A stretch of 64,000 bases of DNA from an uncultured cyanobacterium (GCA_963706595.1 OY970166.1:3008001-3072000), one strand, 5' to 3'; positions 1-9,366 are shown, counted from the stretch's first letter. The notes: generated from the letters alone by a model not told the origin. Made by a program: numbers and translations.

Positions 1-18
1 AGGGGGCAGGAATCAGGG

Positions 19-1176
19 TTAAAAAATATCGGCTGGGTCGGCTGAGTTTAATTTTCGCATGGCGATCGCACCGGAAATTAAACACATGATAATTGTTAAA
101 ATTAGAACTAAAATTATTCTGTCAGGTGTCATAAATAGTGGTAACTTGGTGACATTGCGGGTAAAAGCATACATCACAAAGGAAACAAAGCCACCAGGAA
201 TAAAACCGCAAATAGCTAATATTAAAGCCTCTTGAAATACAACCAATAATAAATAAGTATTACGATAACCCATGGCCTTAAGTGTGGCATATTCCGGCAA
301 GTGATCCATGACATCACTGTAAATAATTTGATAAACAATAATTACACCCACTAAAAAGCCGATGGTGACACCCAAGGAAAAGATAAAACCAATCGCGCCG
401 TTTTCTTGCCAATATTTCTTTTCAAAATCAATAAATTCTTGACGGGTAAAAACTTGCACATCATCATTCAAGTAAGATTGTAATGCTTTGGCGACTAAAT
501 CAGCATCACTACCCGGCTTGAGATTAATTAAACCTAAATTAACTTGACCTGGTTGTTGTCCTGAAAAAATCCGCAAATAGTTTTGATCACTTGTGATCAC
601 ACTACCATTAGCAACAAAAGAAGCGCCAACTTCGTATAAACCGCCAATTTTTACTTTACGTCCTTGCAGTTCTGTGGTAATAGATTTACCCTGAGAAATT
701 TGGGCGATCGCCTGTTCATATTTCCCACTAGAATTGCGGTCAAATAACAGCGTATTGGGATATTTAATCTGATCTAATTTTTGATTAACTGCTGGTAAAT
801 TGAACGCAGGTTTTTCAGGATTAAAGCCAATTACCAAAATAGATTCATCCAACTTCGTTTGGGGACTTTTCCAAACACCCAAGCGGACATATAAAGGATT
901 AACAGACTCAACCTCAGACAAATTAGCAGCTTGAAACAACCGCCGACGCGGAAAACTACTGAGAAGCCCCAAATTTTGGGCTTGACGACTCACTAACACC
1001 ACATCAGCTTGTAAAAGTTCATGAAAGCGAGTATTACTATCATATAAAGCCGACTGAAAGCCCAACTGCATTAACATCAAAAAATCAGCAAAAGTGATTC
1101 CACAAAGAGCAACTAAAAACCGCCCTTTTTGCTTCATTAATTGCCGCCAAGCCAAAGGAATTTTACGCTTAAACAT
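19..1176 (-). CDS. devC: DevC-family ABC exporter permease
   Basis: 385 aa; N-term IPLAWRQL..KGRFLVALCGITFA..LMQLGF, FtsX-like C-term YATLKAMGY and ending DPADIF typical of cyanobacterial DevC paralogs. Confidence 0.88.
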   Translation of the reverse strand: MFKRKIPLAWRQLMKQKGRFLVALCGITFADFLMLMQLGFQSALYDSNTRFHELLQADVVLVSRQAQNLGLLSSFPRRRLFQAANLSEVESVNPLYVRLGVWKSPQTKLDESILVIGFNPEKPAFNLPAVNQKLDQIKYPNTLLFDRNSSGKYEQAIAQISQGKSITTELQGRKVKIGGLYEVGASFVANGSVITSDQNYLRIFSGQQPGQVNLGLINLKPGSDADLVAKALQSYLNDDVQVFTRQEFIDFEKKYWQENGAIGFIFSLGVTIGFLVGVIIVYQIIYSDVMDHLPEYATLKAMGYRNTYLLLVVFQEALILAICGFIPGGFVSFVMYAFTRNVTKLPLFMTPDRIILVLILTIIMCLISGAIAMRKLNSADPADIF

Positions 1177-1225
1177 AAGGATAATAACTAATGACCAATG
1201 ATTTACCCTGAGCGTAGCCGAAGGG

Positions 1226-2440
1226 CTAAGGACTAATGACTATTTCAACATTCACCTGAAGATTAGTAAAATTAGCCACTTGCTGACTAGAAGCTTCATC
1301 TAAACGAATTTTGGCTTCAATTACTCTCGCATCTGTAGCTGCGGTGGGGTCACTATCTAACACATCTTTCTTCGCCACTTTTAAACCAATACTATCCACT
1401 CTTCCGCTTAATTCACCTGTAAAAGCATTACTAGGACTGGTAATATTAGCAGTTTGACCAGGGCGAATCTTGCCAATATCACTTTCATAAATTTCCGCGA
1501 TCGCATACATTTGATCAGTTTCCCCCAGTTCCACAATTCCCTCCTCACCGATGGTTTCACCGGGACGAGCTTGAACCCGCAGAATTTGACCTGCTTGGGG
1601 AGCGCGAATGTATGCAACATCCAGTTCAACTTGCATTTTTTCCACAGTGGCGATCGCACTATCCACTTCTGCTTGTGCTATAGCTACATCTGTGGGACGC
1701 ACCTCCGATGTTTGCTGTAAGGTGGCTTTGGCTTCTTGAATTTGGGCGGTGAGAGTGCGTTGAGTTCTGCCTAAACTGGCTTTAGCACCATTTAATTCCG
1801 CTTGGGCGGTGCTGACGGTTAATCTGCGAGTATCTAAAGCTGAAGCCGCGATCGCACCTTCCTTGTAAAGACTTTCATAGCGGCGAAATTCCATCTCTGC
1901 ATTTTGTAACTCAGCTTCCAGACGAGCATTTGTAGCTTGCTGGGTTGGGATTTCTCCCTCTAACTGTGCTTGCAGATTTCTGACAGTGGCTTCTCTCGCG
2001 GAGATTTCACCTTGTTTTGCACCGGCTTTCACCTGATTAAGACGTGAAATTGCTACTTGGACTTGTTGCTGTGCTTCCTTGAGATTAGCTTGTAGGCGAT
2101 CGCGATTATCCAAAATAGCAATCACCTCACCCGCGCTCACTTGCTTACCTTCCTCAACCAACAATTGAGCCACACGACTACCACCACTAGGATCAGTAGG
2201 AGCCGAAATTCTAATTACCTCACCGGCTGGTGACAATCGTCCCAGCGCATTCACCTTTGGAATTACTGGCGGACTAACCTGAGTTGACACCACTGGAGTT
2301 GTTTGATTAGTTGTGGGACGGGTTACATAGACTACACCCGCCCCCATGGCCATCACAGAAGTAATACCTAAAGCGACTAACCAACGCAAATTGGGCGCAA
2401 ACAAAGACGACTTTCTAATTTCTTCAGAATTTCGTAACAT
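1226..2440 (-). CDS. devB: DevB-family membrane fusion protein (HlyD-like) of ABC exporter
   Basis: 404 aa; N-term TM, VNALGRLSP.GEVI, long coiled coil, YIRAPQAGQIL, DARVIE.KIRLD; directly upstream of devC. Confidence 0.88.
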   Translation of the reverse strand: MLRNSEEIRKSSLFAPNLRWLVALGITSVMAMGAGVVYVTRPTTNQTTPVVSTQVSPPVIPKVNALGRLSPAGEVIRISAPTDPSGGSRVAQLLVEEGKQVSAGEVIAILDNRDRLQANLKEAQQQVQVAISRLNQVKAGAKQGEISAREATVRNLQAQLEGEIPTQQATNARLEAELQNAEMEFRRYESLYKEGAIAASALDTRRLTVSTAQAELNGAKASLGRTQRTLTAQIQEAKATLQQTSEVRPTDVAIAQAEVDSAIATVEKMQVELDVAYIRAPQAGQILRVQARPGETIGEEGIVELGETDQMYAIAEIYESDIGKIRPGQTANITSPSNAFTGELSGRVDSIGLKVAKKDVLDSDPTAATDARVIEAKIRLDEASSQQVANFTNLQVNVEIVISP

Positions 2441-2471
2441 TCAATAGTTCCTTAAATAGCAGGTTAAAATA

Positions 2472-3916
2472 TTAAATTCCAGTCCCCCTCCTCGCTTGCG
2501 GGGAGGGGCTAGGGGTGGGGTTCCTATTCGCCCCTGTTTCTGCGAGTTCTTCATACTTAAAGAAACCAGGATTTAGAATTCCACAAGGGTCATATTTCCG
2601 TTTCATATTATTGACAGTAGACCAGTAATTTCCGAATTGCGATCGCCATCTTGGCAAATCAAAATCTGCCCAAGTCGCCATATATCTTTTACCACCCATT
2701 TTCAAACCCAAATCAGTCAGTAAATTTAACTGTTCTAGCACAGGTTCAACCTGAGATTTAGGAATAGTCGGATACATTCCCAAACCGATAATTAAATCAT
2801 CATCAGGTAAAGGAAACATAGGCATTTTATGCTTACCAGAATTGAGACAAAAAGAACCCACAGGAACAGTGCGGAAATCAACAAACCCTGGTAAACGCTG
2901 GAGAGCAATATCAATAAATTCTTTTGCTCTAGACCCTGGTAACAGTACATCTATCCAAGCATTAGCAGTATTGACAGGATGAGGAAGTTGTCCTAAAGGT
3001 TGAATGAACTGCTCAAAAGTCAAATCTTCTGTATGAATATGACGATAAAAATTTAAACCAGCAAGCAATTCTGCATCATTTATCTCATTTACAGAATCAA
3101 CTTCCACAGTAACTTGCATCCTATAAAACCATTGAATTAACGGTTTCATCTGATTTTCTTTCCTACTTATGCCTTGTAAGCAGGGTGAAAATAAAGATAC
3201 TAAACCATCTATCCGACCTTCTGAAACCAGACGACGTGCATCAGATAAAAGCTGATCTAAATCGTCATAGCAAAGAAAATAACTGCGAGTGTAAGGGCGA
3301 TATTTTCTCAAGCGATTTTTGACTTTAGTAATAATACCAAACTGACCATAACCACAAAGAACGTGATTAAAAAGTTCGCTATTTTCTTCTGGCGTACACC
3401 AAACAATATCACCACTCCCAGTAACAACTTCTAAACCCAAACAATTATCAGCTTGAGAACCGTAACGAAAAGAACTTAAACCCAACCCAGCCGCAGAGAG
3501 AGTTCCCCCAAAGTCACTTCAAAGTTATTAGTCAGAACAGGCGGAATTACACCATGAGGTATAGCAGCATCAACGATTTGCTTCCAAGTCACACCAGGAT
3601 CAGCTTGAAACCAAAGTTCATTAGGACGAAATTCATCAATTTGATTAAGACTCCTCATATCTAAAAGAATGCCATCTTGATTCAAAGATTGACCACTTAA
3701 AGAATGTCCCGCAGCCCGTGAAGAAATTGTTAAACCTTGTTTAGCAGCATATTTAATTGCTGCTGCAATATCACTGGAATTTTGGGGACGAATCACAACT
3801 TGAGGTTGTCTTTTAACAATATTCCCAAAATCCTGAGAAACTGCTTCTAACTCTGATTCCTTATTACTAATTTCCCCAGAAACAATCTGTTTTAAATCGG
3901 TTATAATCTTGTTCAT
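2472..3916 (-). pseudogene. FAD-binding oxidoreductase (FAD_binding_4 / cytokinin dehydrogenase-like, TolJ-like), split by a single 1-bp frameshift
   Basis: ORF 3476-3916 has RAAGHSLSGQS (His-FAD motif); ORF 2472-3485 has GYGQFGIIT and KYDPCGILNPG. One extra G in the minus-strand G5 run (C run 3505-3509) restores EVTLGGTLSAAGLGLSSFRYG. May be a sequencing error rather than a true pseudogene. Confidence 0.8.
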
Positions 3917-4085
3917 TTTTTTTATTGTAATTAAGATTTTAATCTAACCACAGAGACGCAGAGTACACAGAGGAATAAAGAACGAGCATCTCAATGATAA
4001 AACCCTCTTATACCCTCTTCCCTTGGCGTTCTTTGCGTCTTGGCGGTATGCGCTGCGCGCACGCTACGCGAACGTTTCTCCAAAA

Positions 4086-4736
4086 TTAATTAAAAACCCG
4101 CATTTTCAGCATCTTAAAACCAACCTTAAACAAACTAGGAATCAATCCCATAAAAGAAAAAACACGAGATATCACCTGAAAAAGATTATTTTGAGTATCT
4201 ATCTTAGCCCCCAGCAAATTATCTGCATTCCTTTCATACTTAAATACACAAACACAATCACCCTCAGCTTGTTTACTCAAAATAGCCGCCTTTATTCCCG
4301 GAAAAGCCCTTCTAGTAGCTTCTTGTTCCATCTCACAAAATACACGACAAGGACTATCAAAACCGTATTCTTTAGCGATAGATAAAACAGGACAAACCCG
4401 TTGAATTTCTAATGCTGCATCTGTGCCATGTTGAGAAACATCTACCACATCCATCACAAAGCCCATCAAACCCAATAACGGTGCAGCTTGGGTGAAACCT
4501 TTGGCTAAAGTATTATGATCGATGAAAGTACCCATCAACGCCTTTTGTTGTTCAGGATATTTTTCCATCATCTGTTCAAAAGCAGCAGCTTCTCCTTTTT
4601 CTGCAACCAGATTTTTGTATTTTTGAAATCTCTTCCTAAACAAATTCACGGCTTTAGATTCATCTAGATTGATGATATCTTCCATGCGGAGATTCCCTGT
4701 AAACAGTTCTTTTTCTATGCTCATTTTTTTGTCCAT
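4086..4736 (-). CDS. L-2-amino-thiazoline-4-carboxylate hydrolase-family (ATC hydrolase/V4R-like) protein, TolI-like
   Basis: 216 aa; Cys pattern RVCPVL..AKEYG...PCRVFCEME....AEGDCVCVFKY characteristic of the ATC-hydrolase family. Confidence 0.7.
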   Translation of the reverse strand: MDKKMSIEKELFTGNLRMEDIINLDESKAVNLFRKRFQKYKNLVAEKGEAAAFEQMMEKYPEQQKALMGTFIDHNTLAKGFTQAAPLLGLMGFVMDVVDVSQHGTDAALEIQRVCPVLSIAKEYGFDSPCRVFCEMEQEATRRAFPGIKAAILSKQAEGDCVCVFKYERNADNLLGAKIDTQNNLFQVISRVFSFMGLIPSLFKVGFKMLKMRVFN

Positions 4737-4839
4737 ACTATTAAGATGGAATAACGAACCGCCAAGCCGCCAAGAACGCCAAGTTAGAGAGGGAATATTG
4801 ATTAGTTACAAGTTGATAAGGATTGGTGTAAATAGTGTT

Positions 4840-5079
4840 TTAGATACTTGAGTAGATGCAAAGGCAAATTATCCAAGCTAGTACATATTTACAAGCATTA
4901 AGAAAGGATAATGCAATGTCTATTTCTAGTTCGCTGGTAATATATGTATTGTGTGTTGTTTTATTCAAAGTGATATTTTTTGACATTACCTGTAGTGGCT
5001 GTTTGTGGGTTTGGGTGCGAGTGTTGAATAAGGTTTTAGCTATTGATTGTCTGATGTTGACGGATTTGGGTTTTCTCAT
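4840..5079 (-). CDS. small hypothetical protein with C-terminal hydrophobic helix
   Basis: ATG at 5079 preceded by AAAGG; co-oriented inside the operon; C-term FLNACKYVLAWIICLCIYSSI is hydrophobic. Confidence 0.4.
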   Translation of the reverse strand: MRKPKSVNIRQSIAKTLFNTRTQTHKQPLQVMSKNITLNKTTHNTYITSELEIDIALSFLNACKYVLAWIICLCIYSSI

Positions 5080-5127
5080 TGCAGCATCGCCTTTATTAAA
5101 GTGTCTATCAGTTGCAATCAAAAAATT

Positions 5128-6132
5128 TTATAGCCACTTACGAGGATTTCTTAAAACTTCTTTCAACATGGCTTCTTTACTACCAGCAATAGGTTGATCA
5201 TCGTATTCCCAGTTAGCAGCAGGAGGCATACAATTAAACACACTTTGCTGCTTCACCATACCACTGGCTAAACCAAAACGAATGCCGCGATCGCACGATA
5301 AAATAAACTCCACATATCGCCCACGCACTAAATGTTGCCAATACTTATTTGCTTCTGTAAAAGACATATTTTTACGTCTTTCCAAAATAGGCATATAAGC
5401 AGGGAGAAAAGCATTAGCACAATTAGTCACTAATGACAGCAGCTTTTCGGGATTTTCGTGATTTAAATTGTCAAAGAAAATACCACCTACACCTCGATGT
5501 TCGCCACGATGTGGGATGTGGAAATATTCATCACAGGCATTTTTAAAGCGGGGGTAATAAGCAGAACCATACTGATCACAAACATCTTTATGCACCTGAT
5601 GAAAATGAACTGCATCTTCCTCAAAAAGATATGCTGGTGTTAAATCAGCGCCACCTCCGAACCACCAATACACAGGTTGGTTAGCATTACGAATCTCGAA
5701 ATAGCGATAGTTAACATGAGCCGTGGGAGCCATCGGGTTATGAGGATGGATAACAAAGCTAGAACCTGTAGCGAAAAAGCGGTTCCCTTTGCTAGTAGTC
5801 ATTTTATCGGCTGCATTTGTAGCGAGAGCGCCTGATTTCTCAAAGGACATTCCCGGAGGTAGCTCACCTTCTATGGCTACATAATTAACTCCGACCTTTT
5901 CCAACACATTACCATTGTGCAGAACCCGGTCAATATATATAGCGTCTTCACTACTTTCACCAACCGTCCAGAGTCCCTTGCGATCGCGATTCCAGGACTG
6001 TTCAGAGAACTTTTTACCATCTAAAGCTTCCAGCGCTTGGCAAGTATTATCAAACATTTGTCTGAAAAACTTGTCGATTACCCCACGCATGATTGGTTGT
6101 TGAATCAATGATTTTTCGAGGACATGGTTCAT
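5128..6132 (-). CDS. hemF: oxygen-dependent coproporphyrinogen III oxidase paralog (HemF2-like, divergent)
   Basis: 334 aa; EKVGVN, HPHNPMAPTAHVNYRYF, WWFGGGADLTP, RGVGGIFFD, RGRYVEF...DRG..FGL; several C-terminal motif substitutions. Confidence 0.88.
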   Translation of the reverse strand: MNHVLEKSLIQQPIMRGVIDKFFRQMFDNTCQALEALDGKKFSEQSWNRDRKGLWTVGESSEDAIYIDRVLHNGNVLEKVGVNYVAIEGELPPGMSFEKSGALATNAADKMTTSKGNRFFATGSSFVIHPHNPMAPTAHVNYRYFEIRNANQPVYWWFGGGADLTPAYLFEEDAVHFHQVHKDVCDQYGSAYYPRFKNACDEYFHIPHRGEHRGVGGIFFDNLNHENPEKLLSLVTNCANAFLPAYMPILERRKNMSFTEANKYWQHLVRGRYVEFILSCDRGIRFGLASGMVKQQSVFNCMPPAANWEYDDQPIAGSKEAMLKEVLRNPRKWL

Positions 6133-6280
6133 GATGATCTCCCCACTATTGATGAAGTACGTCTATATTTACCAAAAATCATGAATGCTACAAAACTGAT
6201 TCAAAACCGTAAGCCAGCACCCAAAACAAATTCGTTTGATCTGTGGTTCCTGATCTCTTTCCTTTCTTCACCCCAAAGCA

Positions 6281-7315
6281 TTACTTCACATCAACAATTT
6301 GTTGCTGTTTATCCTGACTATATGCAGAAAATTCAGCCTGAGACTTTTGCAGAAACTGACGAAAAGTAATATCTAAAGCATCAGCCGCAACATGAAGTTC
6401 CTCTGATATTTGCGGCATTGATTGAGAGTTTAAAGTGGAAACTACTATTGTGTCTTCTTGGGCTAGTTTGTGGTCAATTTTTCTAAAGAAACCATCTAAC
6501 CAAGGGAAGGGTAAAACATTGCGATATAACACGCGTTTGACACGAGTCCTATTTTGATCAATCGGTAGGTGAGCAACTAAAATGCCAAACTTAATATCAA
6601 ATCTACTACCACGACCGACACTAATTTCTGCCAGAGTAACATTAGGCAAATATAAAGTCAATTTGGTTTTCAATTCTGGTCGTCCACCGAGTAAAAAGTT
6701 CAAGAAACTTTTCGAGTTACCTAAAGATTCATAATTAACTTTAGCAACTGCACCCCAATCATATTTATCAACTTGATATTTAATAGTTGTATCGATGGGG
6801 ATTCTCTGACCAAACGATTTTTTATGGACTGCAATCACATGGGTAAAATCAAGATTAGCTTCCATGAGACGAGCATAGTTAGCATTATCTATACTGTCAT
6901 CATACACAGGACGCATAGTCGAGACCATGTATTCGGGAAAAGTTGGTAGAGGAGGATGTTCGGCTTCTGGTAAGTCCCCATAAAACAGCCAGACAAAACC
7001 ATATTTTTCTTGAACTGGGTAGTTATCAACAAGAGCTTTTTTAGGAATAGCAACTTCAGTCCCATTAGAAGGAATTTCAACACATTGCCCATCAGCTTGA
7101 AACTTCCATCCATGATAAGGACAACGAAGACAATCTTTTTCAATCCAACCCAGAGACAAAGCAGCACCACGATGGGGACATTGATCATTCAAAGCTACTA
7201 TTTGTTTTTGAGAATTGCGATAAAGCACAAATCTCTGATTAAACATCAAAACTTGCTTGGGCTGATTAGTAACTGCCGAGCTAAATTCACAAGCATACCA
7301 AAAATTTTTCAACAT
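6281..7315 (-). CDS. Rieske non-heme iron oxygenase alpha subunit (VanA/PaO/CAO-like), copy 2
   Basis: Rieske motif CPHRGAALS..CPYHGW; mononuclear Fe motif NLDFTHVIAVH; distal QED. Confidence 0.9.
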   Translation of the reverse strand: MLKNFWYACEFSSAVTNQPKQVLMFNQRFVLYRNSQKQIVALNDQCPHRGAALSLGWIEKDCLRCPYHGWKFQADGQCVEIPSNGTEVAIPKKALVDNYPVQEKYGFVWLFYGDLPEAEHPPLPTFPEYMVSTMRPVYDDSIDNANYARLMEANLDFTHVIAVHKKSFGQRIPIDTTIKYQVDKYDWGAVAKVNYESLGNSKSFLNFLLGGRPELKTKLTLYLPNVTLAEISVGRGSRFDIKFGILVAHLPIDQNRTRVKRVLYRNVLPFPWLDGFFRKIDHKLAQEDTIVVSTLNSQSMPQISEELHVAADALDITFRQFLQKSQAEFSAYSQDKQQQIVDVK

Positions 7316-7370
7316 ATTTGTCTCCTATCCTTTTTAGATATCTTGACCTCAAAGCCGAAAAAAATCTCAT

Positions 7371-8438
7371 CTAATTCATCAATGAAGTGTAAATAGACTG
7401 TGATTGATGGTAATGAGAATTATCTAATTCATATTGCTCAGAATTTAAACCCCATCCCATAGTTAAATATTTTTGGCGAAGCTGACGATAAGCCAGAGTC
7501 AAAGCATCAGCAGGAACATGAACTTCAGTTAATAAATTATCAGGAATTAACTGGGGAGTTTGTGACTCAGTTACTACCTTATCTTCTAAACCAACTTTAT
7601 GATGAAAATTGATAAATAATCTGTCTGCCCAAGAATAGGTAAAGAAATTACGCAGTTGAATGCGTTTACTAATGGTTGTGTTCTCATCAACAGGAACATG
7701 AATAGCATAGTTGATAATTTTGCCCCGACCAAAGTCACTTTCAATTTTAGTTATGTTTGGTAAATAAAAGGTAGTTGTGGCATTTAGTTGTGTTTGTTTG
7801 GGACGAAAAAAAGATTTAAAAATGCCATTTTTGGGCTGAGTGTAATTCTTGTAGATAATTTTCGTACTTATGCCCCAAGCTTCATCTTTAACTACATAGT
7901 CTGCTACTTTTGGATCTTGTGCAAATCCTGCACCAAAAGAATTAGCATGGACTGCATAAAGATGGGCAGGATCAAGGGCATTTTCTATGACACGAGTGTA
8001 ATTAGTTTGCATTCCATATTCTATATAAATAGGATGCATTTTCGGGTCTTCGTATTCTGGAAATGGAGGAATTGGTGGCCGTTCTGATTCTGGCAATTCT
8101 CCATAAAATAGCCAGATAAAACCATATTTCTCTTGTACAGGATAACTATTTACATTAGCTCTTTTCGGAATGGGTATACCAACTTCATTAGAAGGAATTT
8201 GCACACATTTTCCATCAGCTTGAAATTTCCATCCATGATAAGGACAACGAATACAGTTGTCTTCTAGCCAGCCCATAGATAATGCTGCACCGCGATGAGA
8301 ACACTGGTCTTTCAATGCAACTACTTGACCTTGAGAATTGCGATAGAGGACAAACTTCTGATTTAACATCGCAATTTGCTTCGGCTTCTTAGTAATAGCT
8401 GAACTAAATTCACAAGCGTACCAGAAGTTTTTTAGCAT
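7371..8438 (-). CDS. Rieske non-heme iron oxygenase alpha subunit (VanA/PaO/CAO-like), copy 1
   Basis: CSHRGAALS..CPYHGW; NALDPAHLYAVH; LED; N-terminal half very similar to the downstream paralog. Confidence 0.9.
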   Translation of the reverse strand: MLKNFWYACEFSSAITKKPKQIAMLNQKFVLYRNSQGQVVALKDQCSHRGAALSMGWLEDNCIRCPYHGWKFQADGKCVQIPSNEVGIPIPKRANVNSYPVQEKYGFIWLFYGELPESERPPIPPFPEYEDPKMHPIYIEYGMQTNYTRVIENALDPAHLYAVHANSFGAGFAQDPKVADYVVKDEAWGISTKIIYKNYTQPKNGIFKSFFRPKQTQLNATTTFYLPNITKIESDFGRGKIINYAIHVPVDENTTISKRIQLRNFFTYSWADRLFINFHHKVGLEDKVVTESQTPQLIPDNLLTEVHVPADALTLAYRQLRQKYLTMGWGLNSEQYELDNSHYHQSQSIYTSLMN

Positions 8439-8779
8439 CCCTAATTTCCTAAGCTTTTAACGAAAGTTCTTATTTATACTAAAATGCGGTCGAAAAGACG
8501 GAGTTTCTGAGGCTGTGGCAAAATCTAACTGATCTTTTGGCTTGTAGTGAGTGCTTTAACGCCCAAAAAATTTTTCCCCGTATTTTTTGTACTTTTTTGA
8601 ACAACAATCATTTGGTTTTGTTTTTGATGAAAATATTTATTCCAGGATAAATGAGCCAAATTTAGAGAAATTTAGCTGCTGTTGGGATTTTGATATGTGT
8701 TTTCGCAATTTGACACTTTCTGGCTTCTCTTGCCTTTGTTTTGTGTCACCCTTTGGATAGAGTTACTTCTCTTTCCGGG

Positions 8780-8869
8780 GGTATAGGTGATACTATACCA
8801 ATGCACTGGTGCATTAGTCAACCAATGAATAATTTTACCTGATGAACCATTACACCAATAAACTAGTGA
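8780..8869. promoter_or_regulatory. putative operator between Rieske operon and RHH regulator
   Basis: IR GGTATAG-N6-CTATACC (8780-8799), IR AATGCAC-TG-GTGCATT (8800-8815) and 8-bp-period repeats ACCAATGC/ACTGGTGC/ATTAGTCA/ACCAATGA (8797-8828) and ACCATTAC/ACCAATAA/ACTAGTGA (8846-8869). Confidence 0.5.
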
Positions 8870-8882
8870 ATAAGTTTATTCG

Positions 8883-9104
8883 TTGGAGTATAGTGTGGCA
8901 CAAGGAGAAGCTTCGATTCGGGTTTACTTACCCCCTGACATCAAAGACAGGTTTAAAACAATTTGCTTTTTTAAGGGATTGAATATGTCTGACGTTTCGG
9001 CTGAACTTATTGAAGACTGGTTAGCTAAAAATGACATGGAACTGCCAAATTCTCAGAAAACCGCATCTGCGCCCGCTATTAAAAAGGGTGATATGTCAGC
9101 ATGA
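8883..9104 (+). CDS. ribbon-helix-helix (ParG/CopG-like) DNA-binding protein
   Basis: 73 aa; SIRVYLPPDIKDRFKTIC...LNMSDVSAELIEDWL fits the RHH pattern; divergent from the Rieske operon; start may be GTG 8895. Confidence 0.72.
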   Translation: MEYSVAQGEASIRVYLPPDIKDRFKTICFFKGLNMSDVSAELIEDWLAKNDMELPNSQKTASAPAIKKGDMSA

Positions 9105-9366
9105 TTCAAGGAAGTTGATTAAATAACCTGCGCCTTTAATTCTGCTGGTGTTTGGGCTGTGTAGTTTTACTGGTGTTGGAGGTCATCAAAGCCAATCTAT
9201 ATCTATGCTAGAAATTTCTGAGATTTTTTGACTCATTTTGTAGCTAATGGGGTGACAACTATGGTTGAAAACCCTATCTAGCCACTGTTTAAGTCACAGT
9301 TATGCAAAAAAGTCCGGTCAGTTTTTTGTAACTCAACCGAACTTATAAAAAATTCCAGCGTTTGGG

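Noticed and set aside
19..2440. devBC as the heterocyst glycolipid exporter itself
   Set aside because: Nostocales carry many DevBCA paralogs and no hgl genes are adjacent; context favours a cluster-specific exporter
6201..6281. 26-aa minus-strand ORF (MLWGEERKEIRNHRSNEFVLGAGLRF) coupled by TAATG to Rieske-2, considered as a RiPP precursor
   Set aside because: No leader/core pattern, no peptide-modifying enzymes in the operon, and short enough to be chance
8781..8793. Possible NtcA box upstream of the cluster
   Set aside because: GTA-N7-TAC, not the required GTA-N8-TAC spacing
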